From assembly GCF_006345805.1 (NCBI RefSeq), contig NC_043005.1, forward strand, positions 106,702,001 to 106,766,000: 64,000 nt of DNA, in the 5' to 3' direction. The DNA comes from Octopus sinensis (lineage: Eukaryota). Position 1 is the stretch's first letter. Every line of letters begins with the position of its first letter. The translations under genes were made by a program, and so were the position numbers. Of this stretch, positions 52,795-64,000 are shown piece after piece. A model generated the notes under the pieces. That model was given only the letters and a program-made list of their open reading frames with translations, was not told where the DNA came from and did no database searches.

Positions 52795-52846
<52 letters not shown>

Positions 52847-52981
52847 TGAGAGAGAGAGAGAGGTATATGCGCGTGCGTGTATATATATATGTGTGTGTGT
52901 GTACTTTCATCTACATGTATAAACGTGCTTGTATTTGTTAACTTGGACATATCATTGTGTAGATATGAATGTACATGCATA

Positions 52982-53040
<59 letters not shown>

Positions 53041-53914
53041 ATGTATATATATATTTATGTATATATATATATGAACTTGTATACATGTGTATGTATACGG
53101 GGAGAAACCTGGGTGACAGAAAGAGGAAAGAAACGAATATATGTTATAATAACAAAAATAACGAATTTTTTAGCCCGTTAATAAAAAACAAATGTCTCAA
53201 AATAACTCAATGGCTGAAAATAAAATATGTAACTGGAAGTTTTTAAAAATATAATTACAGTGAGAAATAGAAGCTAAAACTGTGTTTTAAGGCTAAAGAA
53301 TATATATGTATATATGTACGTATGTATGTGTGTATACATATATATAATATGTATATGTATTATATATATATGAATATATATATATATATGTTTATACACA
53401 CACTCTCTCACACACACACACATATATACATAGTGCTACATATACACCCACACATATACGTATGCCTGCATGTATGTCCAGGATCTGACTAAATGCATCC
53501 AATAGTTGTCCCCTGATTCGAGATTTCGTGGGTTTTGAGGGGTGGGTAACGACTCTTAGATACTATTGCTCTGAAGTCTACTCAGGCACGAAGTAGTAGC
53601 ATCTGTCCGAGTTATGGTTTAACTAGCAAGCCAGATGACATTACATTTGAGCACGGGTATACAGAAATACTCTTGGTTGTTATCGGGACGCGCATTAGAA
53701 TCACTACTAGTGAGGGACCCTTAGCTGTTGTTACAGAGGATTTCTCTGATGTAGAACCAACTATTCCACGTGATTTCTAGCCATGTTGTACTAGCGTTTA
53801 TCCCTATATTCCAAGGATGTACAGATGTATTTCTATGATGAGCTCATTTGTCATCTCGTCTACTGGTAGTCCTATCGTGCTAGCACTAATAGCTCTGCAA
53901 GACAAAGACTTTGA

Positions 53915-54377
53915 AACGGATAGCCTGTCGGCATGTTCTAGTTTTTTCGAAGGTAAATATTCCATCGCGTAGTCGTAGTTTAGTAACATGGTACCCTGTC
54001 ACCGCAGCCTGTTTGCTGTATGTACTGGGACTTCTTTCTTGGATCCACAAATCGTTAGCAACAAGCAATTGTCTGTTTGTAGTCTAAACTGTCTTCAATG
54101 TATAAGCCTGTGGAGTATTTTTATGCCAAATATAATTGTCAATGCCTCTTTTTCAATTTCGCTATAATTTTTTCCGCAGACAATAGCGTCCTCGATGCGT
54201 GAGCTATGGCTTTTTTGGTTACCATCACCACATTTGTGTAGGAGTACGGCACCTACACCGTACTCACTAGCATATGTTGCCAGTATCGTTCCCAGCTTTG
54301 GATCGAAGTGAGTAAGCGACAAGTCTGAAGTTAACATGCTTCTTAATTCCTCAAATGCTTTCTGTTATTTTTCTGAC
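53915..54377 (-). mobile_element. Gypsy-type pol fragment (RT connection and RNase H), inverted relative to the integrase
   Basis: QKAFEELRSMLTSDLSLTHFDPK..YASEYGVGAVLLH..NYSEIEKEALTIIFG; MLLNYDYAMEYLPSKKLEHADRLS. Confidence 0.85.
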
Positions 54378-55010
54378 TGTGGTACTTGTGACTAAAAATA
54401 GAATGTTGAAAGAATTCCATATTGGACATCCGGAGATCACAAGGATGAACGCGCTTATGCACAGTTATGTGTAGTGCCGAAGATGGACAAGGAAGTTGAA
54501 AACGTGGTAAAAGACTGCAGAGCAAGTGCTATAGCAGCGAAATTGCTCACTCAAAAAATGGGAGCCTTGGCCAGAAGTAAAAAGTCCACGGTCAAGACTA
54601 CCTATCGATTTTGCGGGTCAGTTAAATGGTTATTACTACTTAGTAGTAGTTGACAGTTTTACAAAATGTCCGGGAATTGTTAAGTGCGAAAGACCAACCA
54701 CCGAAACAGTAATAAATTTTTACACGAATTATTCGCAAGATTTGGCACCCCAAACATGATTGTATCTGATAATGGAACACAATTTGTGCCCGGTGAATTT
54801 CAAAAATTCTGCGAAATTCTCACGGTAGAACATAAAATGATAGCGCCTTACCATCCCAAATAAAATGGACAGGCAGAGCGTTTTTTGGATATTTTAAAAA
54901 GGGATTTGAGGAAAGCAAACAAGGAAGTCACAGATGATGTCGCTCTGCAGCAATTCCTAAGGGTATACAGGGTGACATCGAACTCCAATGCACCAGCAGG
55001 AAACCTACGT
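54378..55010 (+). mobile_element. Gypsy-type integrase remnant
   Basis: LKEFHIGHPEITRM..PKMDKEVENVVKDC; SRLPIDFAG..YYYLVVVDSFTK; LFARFGTPNMIVSDNGTQF..EF..APYHPK*NGQAERF. Contains stops and frameshifts. 53475-53915 (starts TGTCCAGGATC) may be its LTR. Confidence 0.88.
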
Positions 55011-56189
55011 GGAAGGTGAAATCAGTTTTTCATAAACTGTTACCTAGCAAGGAAATAAAAAGTACCAAGAAAGACAAACGAAAAATTTTCAAAATTGGTG
55101 ATAAGATTTACATGAAGTCGTGTAAAAACGGAAAACAGTACTAGGAAGAAGGCAAAATTACAAAGTACATAGGAAAAATGATGAACGGAATTAAAAGCAG
55201 AAAAGGTATTGAAAAAAGTCACAGAAATTAATTGAAGAAGTTCATAAAAATGAACCAGGCAGATTAGAAGAACCTATGGAATGGCTGTATGATACACAGC
55301 ATTATTAAAGGGTTGACCGTCTGAAAATATTTTTATAAATTTATGTTCTAAGAAATTTCCTATAATTTCGATTTCTCAAGCTTATTGAATCTTTTAACTA
55401 CAATTTCTCGCAAATTTAAATATTCATTGCAATCATTGTGGAGTATTCCACTTTTAATTGAAAGTCTCACTTTCTTTTTTAATGTTTTCATTTCAATTTT
55501 TAATTCGCTATTTGGAAAACCGACAGTTTATTCTATTAATGTATACATAATGCAAAATCTTTATTTACTGAATGAATATTTTTTTAAATACCCGTATAAT
55601 TTTTGTAAAAATAATATTAAAATGCTTTTGTTGTTATAGCTGTTTGGAACGCTATATGTCTTACAATGATAACTATCCGGCCATTTTCCTTTTCAACTTA
55701 AAAGAAGCCTTTTCAGTAAAAAAAAACCCAACAAAAATAAACCAAAACAAGCTGTAAATATCTTCAAAATAAAAGATAAACAATTCAAGGGCGGTTTCTA
55801 GCACAGCAGATTGTATTTGTAATATGTGAATCGGTTGATTTCTTGCTCTGAAACCCCAAGCTTTCCCAGACTGACAGTTAGACATTTACTTACAAAACCA
55901 AGTGCACTATTTATTATTCGTATAAGTGTAAATTTGTAACCTGGATATGGAAGCTGAAGACATAGAAGATGTCTATAGTTATCGTGTTTCTCTTTGATTT
56001 CTCAGTGAGATATTTTATGTATCTATGTACGTGTGTATGTATGTATTTATGTAAGCATACATATATACATATATTTATGTAAGATATATATGTATATATG
56101 TATATGCATATATATACACATATACATACTTAAATATATTATGTGCGTGTGTGTATTTGTTTGTATTATGCATGTATGTTTTGTTTCAG

Positions 56190-56351
56190 GCAGTTGTCAT
56201 AAGTTCTCCAGTTGAGGCTTTACAACGCATGAATTTGACCCTCTATAAATTTGCCCGACCTGCGCGAAACAACAATCATGTCTCCCTTCCAATGATACCG
56301 GACATTTTTAATTCCCATACCAGCCCAGCTTCAAAAGAAAATGTAATCTAA
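56190..56351 (+). CDS. Putative terminal coding exon (AVVISSPVEALQRMNLTLYKFARPARNNNHVSLPMIPDIFNSHTSPASKENVI*)
   Basis: Strong acceptor gtatgttttgtttcag|, phase 0, open to TAA at 56349-56351. Confidence 0.55.
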   Translation, partial: AVVISSPVEALQRMNLTLYKFARPARNNNHVSLPMIPDIFNSHTSPASKENVI

Positions 56352-56530
56352 GCACGCTGTATCTGATATATGCGACGGTAGAGAGAGATATTTCTTTGCA
56401 CATAGATGTAATAGGTCATATCGGACCAAGGGCTAAAACCACTACAAAAGACGGAATTACTAGCAAAAAGCCTGCAGTAATCACTAAAGTTCAATAGCAA
56501 ATCAATGTCTAATATGTACAGAGCAGTATA

Positions 56531-56561
<31 letters not shown>

Positions 56562-56574
56562 GCATGTATGTATG

Positions 56575-56671
<97 letters not shown>

Positions 56672-56710
56672 GTATGTATATATGTATATTTATAATATAT
56701 ATATATATAT

Positions 56711-56759
<49 letters not shown>

Positions 56760-57579
56760 TACTTAACATAAACTCCGTTGAATATGTAGTTTCAGTATAA
56801 ATGCTATTGTAGGACCATTCATTCTGAAAGAAAAAAAATTGAAAAGAGATTGTGCTACAAATATATCCAAAACACATGAATACATATCCAAAACACGTAC
56901 ACACACAAAATACATACTGTAGCATGTTTACAAAAATCAACATAATTATTGTAGCATGCAAACGCACACACACTCATACATTCAAACACAGGCACACATA
57001 CCTGTGTGCATATATTTGCGTATGCATACGTATACACATACGTGTATATTTGTATGCATATGCACACTCGTACATCTGCATCAAGTGTGTAAAAGCACAC
57101 AGGTTACAAGGAGGGCATTGTGAAACACCAAAAGTCAGCCTATACAACTGGAATTAGCAACTTGAAAAAGAAGTAAAATAGAAACATGTGACAGCCTGGA
57201 ATATAAACATACAGTATAACACACAACGGAAAAATAAAACACAACTTCACCGAAAGTAACACAAAGAAGTCGGAAACTCAACAAGGAAATAAAGGAAGAA
57301 AGGACACTAAAGACAGGCAGAAAATAGCCATCGTTTGTATTGAATGTAAAGCAGAGAAAACAAATAATGAAACTCTATATAAATTAATTATCAGTATAAG
57401 AAGTCTAACAACGGCCGCACTACATTACATGTTGTTATAACAATTTCATGTAACATATGCACACAAGTAAAACTTCCTTATGGAACGCTTTTTCGAACTC
57501 ACATGTGTAACTGGTATGATATATACATATATATGCATTTATATATATATATATATATGTTTGTATATATATATATATA

Positions 57580-57659
<80 letters not shown>

Positions 57660-58222
57660 TATATATATATATATATATAATATATATATATATTATATAT
57701 ATATATACATGTATATATATATATGTATGTATATATATATATACATATATACATACATAGGATACAGCCCCTCAATTACACAAACGGAAATAAAACGTAG
57801 CGCCAAGCAAAAAGAGAAAAAAGTGAAGCCGAAAACAAGCAAGACTCGTATCCAAAATTAGATACAAAACAAGCAGCAGTAAAATAGTTTATCAATAATT
57901 AGTGACACCATCAAACTTAAGAATGGCCAAACATCAAATGTTCTAATAACTACTTGAACTAACATGCCCACACTCCAACAGCAAGCGAACTCACTAATCA
58001 AACACGTTTTTCTTTTTTCAAAAAAAAAGAGGGGAAAAAAACAAGAAAGAAAAAAAAGAAAATCGATAAAACTGCGTAGAGACGACGACATACAAACTGC
58101 AAGTATATGTATTCTTTCTGGAGTTCCTGGACTTGACCCTTTTTTTTTTGTTCAACCAGACACCACATTGGACTTCGGTAATACAAAATTGCAATACTGC
58201 AATACTGTATGTTTTGTTTCAG

Positions 58223-58609
58223 GCAGTTGTCACAAGTTCTCCAGTTGGGGCTTTATAACGCATGAATTTGACCCTCAATAAATTTGCCCGACCTGCGCGA
58301 AACCCAATGAACCCAATTAAGTTACATGAACTAATCCAAAATATCCTGGATTCGAACGCTTTACTGGATTCAGCAAAATCCTTAAAAGTACCTAAAGGTA
58401 GAAACCTGTAACCTGGCAAAACAACTCAACTAGAAGACAGTCAAAGTACCGGGATATCGCAGGAAACCATAGCCACAGTGGGTACTGGATTAACTATTAA
58501 GCAAAATAAGTACGTGCTTATGGTATCAAGGAAACAGGACGCCACAGAAAAAAGTCAATTAAAACTTGCTAAAATCATATTCGGGTTGCCCTTTCTCCAC
58601 AAAGTATAG
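58223..58609 (+). pseudogene. Paralogous terminal exon with two in-frame TAA codons
   Basis: 58206-58303 matches 56173-56270 (98 bp, 4 mismatches, acceptor included). The frame runs 129 codons to TAG at 58607-58609, broken only by TAA at 58256 (CAA in the other copy) and TAA at 58409. Confidence 0.55.
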
Positions 58610-59328
58610 AGGCACATGTGTCATGTAACATTAATTTTGAGGATCTGATCAAAAACTTTGCAATTAAAAAAGTTGGAGAAAACTTCAGATGTAATTAAAA
58701 TGGATGCATACAAAAGTATACATTATCTTCTACCCTAGTGTTAGTTTTGTTTAATTTTGAACAATAAAAGTTTATTTTATGGCTTATTATTGTTTATATT
58801 TTGAATATAGGGTTTCGAAATCTTTTAAGTGCTTAAATCATGCATGGGTCTTAATGCGGTCCTGGTCATAGCACAGAGACATTCATGCAATGTCTACCAC
58901 AGCAAGCAAAACTACGTATAAAACTACTTACGCCATTAGTTTGTATATTTTACGAATGTAAAGAAAAATGTACTTTTGTTTTATAAAGATAGGCTAGTTC
59001 TGGGTGAATAACTAATTTCTTTGTAACAAATCACTAAGAACTACAAAGAAGAAAATCAACAATCTTCTTAAGGCCAAATTTTATGTACGAACTTCAATCA
59101 AAGACCACATACACAATGATTCCAAATACTAACTAAATATCCGAACGGCCCAGTTGTTATTGCAGAAACATTTCTTTTCTGGATGCTTTTGCACTGCATG
59201 CGGAATCAATGGTCTAAAATTCAACTTCAAAGCACAAAAGCAGTAAGAGGAACTTGGTGAAATATTGTTTCAACCGATAAAGTGACGTCTGTATCAATAA
59301 ACCAAGACTAACAGTACTGCTATATCAT

Positions 59329-59562
59329 AAGGCGGTGAGCTGGCAGAATCGTTAGCACGCCGGGCGAAATGCTTAGCGGTATTTCGTCTGTCGTTACGTT
59401 CTGAGTTCAAATTCCGCTGAGGTCGACTTTGCCTTTTATCCTTTCGGGGTCGATAAATTAAGTACCAGTTACGCACTGAGATCGATATAATCGACTTAAT
59501 CCATTTGTCTGTCCTTGTTTGTCCTCTCTGTATTTAGCTCCTTGTGGGTAGTAAAGAAATAG
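59329..59562 (+). mobile_element. tRNA-derived SINE type A, full length
   Basis: 16-bp duplication GTACTGCTA(T/C)ATCATA (59314-59329 / 59563-59578). Confidence 0.93.
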
Positions 59563-60527
59563 GTACTGCTACATCATATGAGAGAATGTGCTACACTGCT
59601 AGAACAATTTCTAATTTTTACATTGCCACAACTTTTTGAGGTGTTGAATTCACTAGATGTAATTACTTAAATGTTACTATCTTAAGGTGTGGGTGTCACT
59701 AGAAGTTGGAAATTCAAAGTCACTTGCTAATGAGGAAGCTAATACAGATTCACGTAACTAGTTACTCTACATATTATGCAATTCCGTCTTAAAAGGGATA
59801 CAATTAAGCACTAGGTACATTTGCTAGAAATAAGACCAGATGGAGGTTTTTGATCACGAATCTGCTCATTCACATTTGACCGGGGGCTAACTAAAATCAG
59901 CAAAAACAGTAAAAACAAATTCAAAGGAGACAACAAACCGGTGACACCTTCAGTATGATACGAACAGAGGACATACAAACTGAGACACAATAAATATATT
60001 CAAATAAGGTTAATAAAGGCCACAGAATCACACAATCGCCAACATCAGCCAATTCCAATCTATGTAGATACGCTTTAAACCCGGCAGAAAAGTTGCGAAA
60101 CAAAATGCCAAAACTAGCATTTCTGAGTCATGCATGGCTATCACAAAGATATTACACGCATTGACCTGAGATAATGTGTATATGTGACAATTAGCCAGAA
60201 GGCTTATTTTGTTTTATTTATTGAGCCCCTGTTCGAGAACCTTCACCGCCCACACAGATTGGGCAATATGTGAAACAGTTTTAGAATAAGAAATTATGAA
60301 AAGAAAATCTTAATAAAAAAAACAAATAAAGTACAAATATCAACATATTCACCACTAACAACAATAGCAATAACGAAAAGTAAAAGTAAGATCTTACATG
60401 AATGATCATAAGAAGCAATCATGCGTAACATATTAAAATTCCGACTTTCTCTGATGAACTGAGTCTCATTTATTTACGTGGATATATTCTTTCTTACAAG
60501 TCTCACCCTTTCTCTGTATGTATACGA

Positions 60528-60559
<32 letters not shown>

Positions 60560-60895
60560 ATATATTCATATGTATATATATATATATAATATATATATAT
60601 ATACATATATGTGTGTGTGTGGGGGGTGTATGTATAAAACCTTTATATTCAAGTATTTATTACATCTACGCAAAATACAAGAATGTGTAAGACTATCAGC
60701 ACGTACACATTCGTATTCAACGATGCACAGTACAACATTTCACAAACGCTCACACGGAAATATGTGCACAGAAGCACATTCACATACGAACTCTCCTACT
60801 AAAGGCGTATCGTGTTATTTTATATCTATCTATCCATCTATCTACATATGTATCTATCTGTATATATGTTTATGTATATATATACGTATATATAT

Positions 60896-60958
<63 letters not shown>

Positions 60959-60970
60959 GCATACATACGT

Positions 60971-61011
<41 letters not shown>

Positions 61012-61060
61012 CATACATACGTATACATATATATATATACTTATACATATACATACATAC

Positions 61061-61098
<38 letters not shown>

Positions 61099-61164
61099 AC
61101 CCCCCCCACACATATATATATATTATAGAGAGATGGATATAATAGACACGTCCACGCATACACA

Positions 61165-61217
61165 TATAGATAGATAGAAAGAAAGATATATACATATATA
61201 TATATATATAAATAGAT

Positions 61218-61285
<68 letters not shown>

Positions 61286-61313
61286 GGATGGATAGGTAGA
61301 TAGATAGATAGAT

Positions 61314-61395
<82 letters not shown>

Positions 61396-61459
61396 TTGGA
61401 TGGATAGATAGATATATAGATAGATAGATAGATAGATAGATAGAAAGATAGATAGATAA

Positions 61460-61548
<89 letters not shown>

Positions 61549-61582
61549 AAGATAGATAGATAGATAGATAGATTGATTGATT

Positions 61583-61648
<66 letters not shown>

Positions 61649-61690
61649 AAGATAGATTGAAAGATAGATAGATAGATAGACAGACATAGA
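61165..61690 (+). repeat. (GATA)n microsatellite with variant units
   Basis: Read directly; source of the 281-aa and 233-aa (IYLS)n ORFs. Confidence 0.97.
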
Positions 61691-61843
61691 AATATACATT
61701 TACAAATACACCTCTTGTCCTTTTCAGAACAGGAGAGAAGATACGAAACCTTTATCCAGGCACTTCTATCATTTACTGAAAAATGATTAAGAGACAGCTC
61801 ACATGTCACAATCCACTCAAGCATTCACACACACACACACACA

Positions 61844-61882
<39 letters not shown>

Positions 61883-62002
61883 TACACACACACACAAAAT
61901 GTAAAATACAAATACATACACGCATGAAGTTATGCTCAAATATACATACTTACAATATATATATATATATATATATACATGCATACCTATCCATCGATTA
62001 CC

Positions 62003-62063
<61 letters not shown>

Positions 62064-62150
62064 TGTGTGTGTGTGTGTGGTGTGTGTGTGTTAATATAGA
62101 TATAGATATATATGTGTATGTATATATATATATATAATATATATTATATA

Positions 62151-62187
<37 letters not shown>

Positions 62188-62670
62188 AATAATAAATAAG
62201 TATATATATACTTCTTTTTTCTACTGACCTATTATGTTCAGATTTTCCGTGTCTCTTTGTTGGAGAAGAAACGAAGCTTCTCCAGTTGTCTTCGCTTCAT
62301 TTAATTTTGAAAAGTTCAAGTTTAAGGTCGCTTCTTTCCGTCTTATTTAATTCCATATACTCGGGGGCCAATTCTAACAAACCAGAAGACATGTTCTTTT
62401 GATTCTGAAAATAATGACTTAAACACACTCTGAGCCATTAGAAGCACCTCCACCTACGTCATCAGCAATGGGTCTCTACACTGATCCTCGTAATGCTAGA
62501 AACCACAGCTTACTGTACTATATAAAGAAGGATGCATTAGATAATGTTCATATTCTACAAAAATAATGGAATTGTCACACCTAGAACTCATTTGATAATA
62601 AGTTTCTCGATTAGTGTTAACCTGGGGCAAAAGAACAATAAAACTTATAACAGACGTAATCACAACGATA

Positions 62671-62883
62671 TCTTTATCTTTATCTTTTACTTGTTTCAGT
62701 CATTTGACTGCGGCCATGCTGGAGCACCGCCTTTAATTGAGCAACTCGAACCCGGGACTTATTCTTTTGTAAGCCCAGTACTTACCCTATCGGTCTCTTT
62801 TGCCGAACCGCTAAGTAACGGGGACATAAACATACCAGCATCGGTTGTCAAGCAATGCTAGGGGGACAAACACAGACAGACAA

Positions 62884-62920
<37 letters not shown>

Positions 62921-63072
62921 CATATATACGACGGGCTTCTTTCAGTTTCCGTCTACCAAATCCACTCACAAGGCTATAGTAGAAGACGCTTGCCCAAGGT
63001 GCCACACAGTGGGACTGAACCCGGAAGCATGTGGTTGGTAAACAAGCTACTTACCACACAGCCACTCCTGCG
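62671..63072 (-). mobile_element. SINE type C, full length
   Basis: Reverse complement of 5375-5711, including the head ...CCACACAGCCACTCCTGCG. Confidence 0.9.
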
Positions 63073-63159
63073 ATATGCAACAAAAACTGCAACGCAATGA
63101 TGCAGGCAATAGTACCACCTCTAACGCTAACTCAGTCACAAAGAGAATTGGAAACAACC

Positions 63160-64000
63160 AAAAACAGCAACATCATAAATGGAAAGGAACCGGTCTGAGA
63201 GATTCCACTGTGAAACGATGAGGTAACGTCCCCTATGAAACAATGAGCAACACCATAAATGGAAAGGAACCGGTCTGAGAGCTTCCACTGTGAAACGATG
63301 AGGTAACGTCTCCTATGAAACAATGAGCAACACCATAAATGGAAAGGAACCGGTCTGAGAGCTTCCACTGTGAAACGATGAGGTAACGTCTCCTATGAAA
63401 CAATGAGCAACACCATAAATGGAAAGGAACCGGTCTGAGAGCTTCCACTGTGAAACGATGAGGTAACGTCTCCTATGAAACAATGAGCAACACCATAAAT
63501 GGAAAGGAACCGGTCTGAGAGCTTCCACTGTGAAACGATGAGGTAACGTCTCCTATGAAACAATGAGCAACACCATAAATGGAAAGAACCGGTCTGAGAG
63601 CTTCCACTGTGAACGATGAGGTAACGTCTCCTATGAAACAATGAGCAACCATAAATGGAAAGGAACCGGTCTGAGAGCTTCCACTGTGAAACGATGAGGT
63701 AACGTCTCTATGAAACAATGAGCAACACCATAAATGGAGGAACCGGTCTGAGAGCTTCCACTGTGAAACGATGAGGTAACGTCTCCTATGAAACAATGAG
63801 CAACACCATAAATGGAAGAACCGGTCTGAGAGCTTCCACTGTGAAACGATGAGGTAACGTCTCCTATGAACAATGAGCAACACCATAAATGAAAGGACCG
63901 GTCTGAGAGCTTCCACTGTGAAACGATGAGGTAACGTCTCCTATGAAACAATGAGCAACACCATAAATGGAAAGGAACCGGTCTGAGAGCTTCACTGTGA
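63160..64000. repeat. 80-bp tandem satellite, about 10 copies, continuing beyond the window
   Basis: Unit AAACAATGAGCAACACCATAAATGGAAAGGAACCGGTCTGAGAGCTTCCACTGTGAAACGATGAGGTAACGTCTCCTATG; later copies carry scattered 1-2 bp deletions. Confidence 0.97.

Noticed and set aside
59921-62380. Convergent minus-strand gene (candidate exons near 59960-60045 and 62286-62363)
   Set aside because: Only short open frames with moderate splice signals; insufficient support.
63160-64000. Tandem array as a CRISPR locus or as a coding repeat
   Set aside because: Units are contiguous with no unique spacers, there are no cas genes, the context is eukaryotic, and frames shift between units.
63160-64000. Hammerhead-containing satellite (CGATGAG..CTC..GAAAC in each unit)
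   Set aside because: The CUGANGA box is incomplete, four extra bases separate the stem from GAAA, and no NUH with stem I pairing could be built on either strand.

Overview
Eukaryotic, AT-rich, extremely microsatellite-dense genomic DNA. The SINE families and the (AT)n/(TACA)n/(GATA)n/(AAT)n load suggest a coleoid cephalopod, probably Octopus (inference from recalled repeat families, not a database search). There is no prokaryotic operon or CRISPR array. Most long ORFs in the track are artefacts of simple repeats. The window holds: (i) about 25 copies or fragments of at least five tRNA-derived SINE types; (ii) decayed autonomous elements: an RLE-type (R4/Dong-like) non-LTR retrotransposon, two mariner remnants, a maT/DD37D-like transposase, a 5'-truncated young-looking CR1-clade LINE, an internally inverted Gypsy pol, Penelope-like terminal repeats and Helitron/Helentron-like non-autonomous elements; (iii) short, manually predicted plus-strand exons from about 11.0 to 56.4 kb that mostly splice in frame into an unrecognised protein, with a duplicated, nonsense-disrupted terminal exon at 58.2 kb; (iv) three near-perfect palindromes, one a 102-bp-arm fold-back built from a tRNA-like sequence; (v) an 80-bp satellite running off the right end. 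Best leads: the tRNA fold-back at 42.8-43.0 kb, a hammerhead-ribozyme-like motif at 16.93 kb, apparent insertion of one SINE type specifically after CAGT in CAG/CAA repeats, and the duplicated terminal exon.
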